Assembly (NCBI GenBank): GCA_031414955.1
Contig: JANOQV010000018.1
Coordinates: 1-17,624, forward strand
Length of the DNA: 17,624 nucleotides
From: Pedosphaera sp.
GTDB lineage: Bacteria; Verrucomicrobiota; Verrucomicrobiia; Limisphaerales; SIBH01
Direction of reading: 5' to 3'
This document shows, in pieces, positions 9,301 to 15,300 of this stretch (position 1 is its first letter; each line of letters starts with the position of its first letter). The notes beneath the pieces are model-generated. The model had not been told where the DNA came from, did no database searches, and saw nothing but the letters and a program-made list of their open reading frames with translations. Both the position numbers and the translations under genes were made by a program.

Positions 9301-12300
9301 CCAGCACCACCGCGCCCACCGCGCCGGTGGTCGGATCGGTGATCCCGGCGGAATACTTTTCGCCGACCATCGGCCCCGTGACCGCGAACAACATCGCGCA
9401 AAGCCCGGCCACGCCCGCCGGGGCCATTTGGAGCGACCTCCAAGCGGTGACGCTTTCCGTCAACAACATCGTGGGTGCGATGCCCATCGGCATTCAGTGG
9501 CGCAAGAATGGATTGCCCATTCCCGGAGCCAACGGCATTAGCTACACCTTTAACCTCACGCCCGCCGACGTGGGCCTCAACACCTACAGCGTCTTCATCT
9601 ACAACCCGCAAAGCGCGCTCGAACGCTTCCTCAACGTCACAGTCAACGGCCTGAACCTCGACACCGCGCCGCCGTTCATCGCCGGTGCGGTCGGCAACGG
9701 CCTGACCAACGAGGTCACTGTCACCTTCAGCGAGGCGTTGCTCGATTCGAGCGCGACCAACACGGCCAATTACTCCATCGCCGGGCTGACCATTCTCGGC
9801 GCCTACCTGAAGCCGGGCAGCAACGTGGTGGCGCTCCTCACTTCCGTGCAGACGCCCGGCACGCGCTACACCGTGGTGGTGAACAATGTGCAGGACATGT
9901 CGCGCAACCGGAACATGATCACGCCCAACTCCAGCTTCACCTTCACGTCCTGGTCGCTGCAACGCGGCTTCGTGACCGTGGATTTGTTCACCGGCCTGAA
10001 CGGCGGCGTTTACGTGCAGAACCTGTTGAGCGAACCCAAGTTCATCAACAACACGCCAGACTCGACACAGTATGTTCCGTACTTCGCCTTCGGCTCCTTT
10101 GCGCCGGGCGGCGCGAACTTCGCCGACAACTACGGCGCTCGGGTCTATGGCTGGTTCCATGCGCCCTCCAACGGCAACTACCGTTTCTACATCCGCTCGG
10201 ACGACATGTCCGAGTTGTGGATGAGCACCAACTCCGCCACCAGCCTGGACCCCGCCGCCAAGGTGCCCATCGCCGCCGTCAACTCCGGAACCTGTTGCGG
10301 TGCCTACGACAGTCTGCTCGGTGGCCCCGTGATCTCGCCGAACATCGCGCTGACCGCTGGCCAGCTCTATTACATGGAGGCGGTCTTCAAGGAAGGCGGC
10401 GGCGGCGATGGTGTCGCGGTGGCCTTCCGCGAAGCCGGCGACACCTCAGTGCCACCCACCACCGAAGCCATCCCCGGCTACTTCTTCTCCAGCCTGGGCA
10501 ACCCGGACATTACGGCCGCGCTGAACATCACCAACCAGCCCGCCAGCACCAACATCGGATTGAACACGCCCATCACCCTCACCGTGGGGGCGATTCCCGT
10601 GCCGATCCAGACAGTCTTCTACCAATGGCAGTATTGGAACGGCAGCGCCTATGCGAATGTGGGCGCGAACACCAACCTCCTCGGCACCAACACCGCCTTG
10701 CCGCTCGTCTTCGGCGTCGCCGGCACCTACCAGTACCGCGCCCTCGTCAGCGTGCCGGGCATCCTGCGCACCAGCCTCGTCGCCACGGTCACCGTGTCCA
10801 CCAATGTCGAAGGCAGCCCGACCGCGCCCACCTTGCTCTGGGCTTCATCCTCGACCAACGGCACGACCCTCACCGCGCAGTTCAATGAGACCGTGACGGC
10901 GGCCAGTGCGCAGAACGCCGCCAATTACTTCCTCACCAACCAGCTTGGCACCTTCACCCCCGTTTCCAGCGCCGCCCTTCTGGCCGACAACAAGACGGTG
11001 GTGCTCACACTGGCCAGCGCGCTCACGCCCGGCAACCTGAATGCCTACACCCTCGTGGCCGGCGGCATCGTGGATGTCGATGACGCCCTGGCCGGCGGCG
11101 GAGTGGCGAACTTCTGGGTGCCCGCCGGCACCATGCAGTTTGATTTCTATACCAACGCCGCGCTCGGCGCGCTGCCGAGTCCATTCCCCATCAACACGCC
11201 CAAGGCCAGCGGCTTCATCACCAACAGCTTCCTCTTCCAGGCCGGCATCTACGCCAACGGCACCAACGCCGGCAACGTGAACTACGCCGCCCGCGTGGCG
11301 GGCTTCTTCATCCCGCCCTCCAACGGCGTCTATCGCTTCTACGAGGCCAGCGACGACGGCTCGCAGTTGTGGATGAACACCAACGCGGTCAACAGCGCCT
11401 CGCCCACCGGCCTGACGCAAATCATCAATGTGCCTGGGGCCAATCTGGGTTACACGGCGGCGGCGGCGGTCTCGCCTTACCTCGCCCTCACCGGCGGCCA
11501 GCGCTATTACATTGAGGCTCTCATGGCCAACGGCACCGGCGGCGAATACGTGGCCCTCACCGTGCGCGAGAACGGCGACCTGCGCCCGCTGACCAACGGC
11601 ACGCCTTCGCTGGATCGCGTCTCGCTGAATTTCTTCAGCCCGCCCGAGACGCTGCGCATCGTTCCCCAGCCCAGCCTCGCTCCGACCTTTGGCCAGACCG
11701 ACACCAACGCCATCCTCGGTCGCGTGGTCGGCTCGCCCGCCGCCATCCAGTGGTATAGCAACAACGTGCTCATCGCGGGTGCGACCAATGCCACCTATGC
11801 CTTGTCGCAGCCGTTGGCCCTGGCGGGCGCGAACTTCCAGGTCATCGCCACCAACCTCGCCAGCGGCGTGCTCAGCAATCAGTTCGCGGTTACGGTCACG
11901 GCGGACGCGTCCGCGCCCTACATCGTCAGCGTGCAGCGCGACAGCACGGGCACGAACTTCATCATCAACTTCTCCGAACTGCTTTCGACCAACGGAGCCA
12001 GCGCCGCCAACCTCCTCGCCAACTACGCGTTTAGCGACGGCGTCAACCTCATCTCGCTGGCCAGCGCCCGCCTCCTGCCCAATGGCCGCAGTGTGATCGT
12101 GAGCGTGGCTCCGACCGTGGTGCTCAGCCCGGCCACGACCTATTACGTGACCAACAACAATGTGGGGGATCGCGCCCTGACCCCGAACCTCATCGCGGCC
12201 AACTCCGTGGCCACGTTCGCCGGGCTGACCTTCACGACCAACTTCCTCGCCTTGGATTTCTTCAGCGGGGCGAACAGCTACGTCTTGCTGAGCAATGACG

Positions 12301-15300
12301 TCCGGTTCCTCAACGACACGCCGGACTTCCGCACCGCGCTGGGCACCTTCCAGTTTCAGACCACGAACACCATCACGCTGAGCGGACGGGACACTTATGG
12401 CGTGAAGGCTTACGGCTGGTTCATGCCGCCCACCAACGGCCAGTACAAGTTCTACGCCCGCGGCGATGACGCGATCATGCTCTCCATCAACACCAACGGG
12501 CCGGCCCAGAACAGCAAAGTGCAAGTCGTCAATCAGGGTTGCTGCGGCAATTACAACACCACCGCCACGCCCATCGACATGACCAACGGCACGCTCTATT
12601 ACATTGAAGCGCTCTTCTTCGAGGGCGGCGGCCAGGATTACTTCTCCGTGACCTTCCGCGATGCGAACGCCCTCGCGCCGACCAACGGGCCGGGCAGTGC
12701 CTACACTTCCTGGGGTTCACTGGGCCATTACGCCGGCACCGAGGTTGCGGCGGGCAATTATTTCGGCCTCTTTGGCAGCCCGGCTTCCGTCTCGAACCTC
12801 ACCTTCACCCTCCAGCCCATTGCCGCGACCAGCGTGGTGGCGGGCGCGAGTGTCACGCTCTCGGCCGTGGCCACCAATGCCCCGACCAACAGCTACCTCT
12901 TCCACCAGTGGCAGACCTCTTTGGACGGCGGCACCACCTGGGTCAACGCCGGGCCGACCAACAACTTCCTCTCCGATTACGGCTTCATGGGCAACGGCAG
13001 CAATTACACCGCGCGCTATTACTACAACACCCTGGTGCGCGCCGTGGCCACGCTGCCTGGTGGCGCCACCCTCACCAGCGCCACCACCACCGTCACGGTG
13101 CCGACCGATCTCACCGTGCTCTCGGTGGGTTGCCTGGCCGGCACGAACATCGTCGTGGTCTTCAACAAGCCGCTTGATCCCGGCTCGGGGGCCAACGCCA
13201 GCAATTATCAGATCAACGACGGTGCGGGCGTGGTTGCGCTCAATGCCTACGTCCAGCCGGATCAACGGACCGTCTGGCTCCCGCTCAACGGCGTCCTGAC
13301 CGGCGACTTCACCCTGACCATCTTTACGGTCTTCGATCTGCTCCAGATCGACTACTTCGACAGTGACACCGAGGATGTCCCGCCGGCCGGCACCGTGATT
13401 CCGGCTTCCTTCGTGGATAACGTCGGCTCGGCCACGGACCCGCTCATTCTCGGCACGTCCTTCAGTTCCACCAACAACGGACTCGACGTGAGCGTGGGCG
13501 GCACGGACATCTTTGGCGTGGCCGATGGCGAGCACTTCATCGCCCGCAACCTCACGGGCAACTTCGACATCAAGGCCCGCATCGCCGCGCTGACCAATCT
13601 GTATCGCGGCCTGCCCGACGCCAATGCCAAGGCCGCCTTGCAAGTCCGCGTCAGCACCAACGGCAACAGCCGCATGATGACGGTGAACGTGGCCCCGGCC
13701 AACATCCCGCTCTGGCCCGTGCTGGGCACGGATCGCGCGCAGTTTATTGCCCGTGACACGACCGGGGCCAGCGCAGTCACCGTGAACAATGTGAACAACG
13801 TCTGGACCCCGGGCTTCGTCACGCCGTGGATTCGTCTGGTGCGCCAAGGCTCCGCCTTCTTCGGCTACACGAGCCGCGACGGCACGAACTGGATTCTGAT
13901 CAGTGCCCGCGACAGCGCGGTGAACGGCGGCGCGTATCCCGACACCGTCCTGGTCGGCTTCGCCACCACCTCGCACAACAATCTTGGCGCCAACCCTCTG
14001 CCCAGCACGGTCACGGCCCAGTACCGCGACATCTACTTCCCGGTCGAAGCGCCCACCATCACCACTCAACCGGCCGGCGTCGCCGCCTCGGTGGGCAACA
14101 CCGTGAACCTGACCGTGGTCGCGACCAACCCGGCCAACAGCGGCCCGCTCTCCTATCAGTGGCGCAAGAGCGGCACGAACATCGTTGGAGCCAACACCGC
14201 GGCCCTCTCGCTCCTCAACGTGAACACCTCCGACGCCGGCACCTATACGGTGATTGTGGCCAACGACGGCGGCGGCGTGCTCAGCGCCAGCGCCACCGTC
14301 ACGGTGGGCAACACCGGCGCCACGGTCGCGCCCGAAACACTCGCGGCCGTGCAGGGCATGTTGACGAACTTCAACGCTTCGCTCTTCCTCGGCAATGATT
14401 CCGACCCCGAAGGCCGCGCTCTCTCCATCGTGGCCTTGAGCGGCATCCCGCCGGTCACGTTCTACACCGATTTCGAGACCAACGTTCCCAACGGCACCAC
14501 CCTCTACAACAATGCCGCCATCACCAACGGCGTGGGCGTGACCAACAGCAAGGCGCTTGCGTTGACGGCCGGTGTCGCCGCGCAGACCGGCGGCTGGATC
14601 ATTGATGACCTCGTGCCTGGACGTTCCGTGAGCGCCTTCACCGCCACCTTCCAGATGCGCCTCGGCGACATGAGCGGCAACGCCGCCGACGGCATTTCCT
14701 TTAACGTGGCCAACGACATGCCCAACGCCTACGCCGGTGGCGAGGCCGGCTCCGGCACGGGATTGACTGTCGCGCTCGACCAGTTCGACAACGGCAACCT
14801 GGAAGCGCCCGCCTTCAACGTGAGATGGCGCGGCGCGCAGATCGCCCATGTCCCGATTGCCAGGCAGACCAACCAGAACTGGGTGCCCGTAACCATCACC
14901 ATGCGCGCCGACGGCAAGCTGGATTTGTTCCTGACCAACGTGGCGTTGCTCTCGAACTTCCAGACGCCCTACCTGCCGATCACCGGCGCGCGTTTCGGCT
15001 TCTTCGCCCGCACCAGCGGCGAGTTTGAAACGCACTGGCTGGACGAGGTCAGCATCACCGTCTTTGCCGGCCAGAACCTGGCGGGCGCGGGCGGCACGGT
15101 GAACCAGACTTTTAACTTCAACAACGGCCTGCCCTCCAACGCCTATCTCTTTGGTGTCGCCGGCCTGGTCGGAGCGGGCGGCGTGAACGGCACGCCCTAC
15201 TTGCGGCTCAACGACGCCCTGGCTTCCCAGAACGGCTCGCTGGTCTTGGGCGAATTGCTGCCCGGCAAGGTCGTGAACGGCTTCACCGCGAACTTCAGCA

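Noticed and set aside
7675..12765. CRISPR array or DNA tandem repeat suggested by recurring sequences such as ATGAACACCAAC and CCCAGCAACGG
   Set aside because: These recurrences are conserved codons of the PA14 protein repeats, irregularly spaced and in frame.
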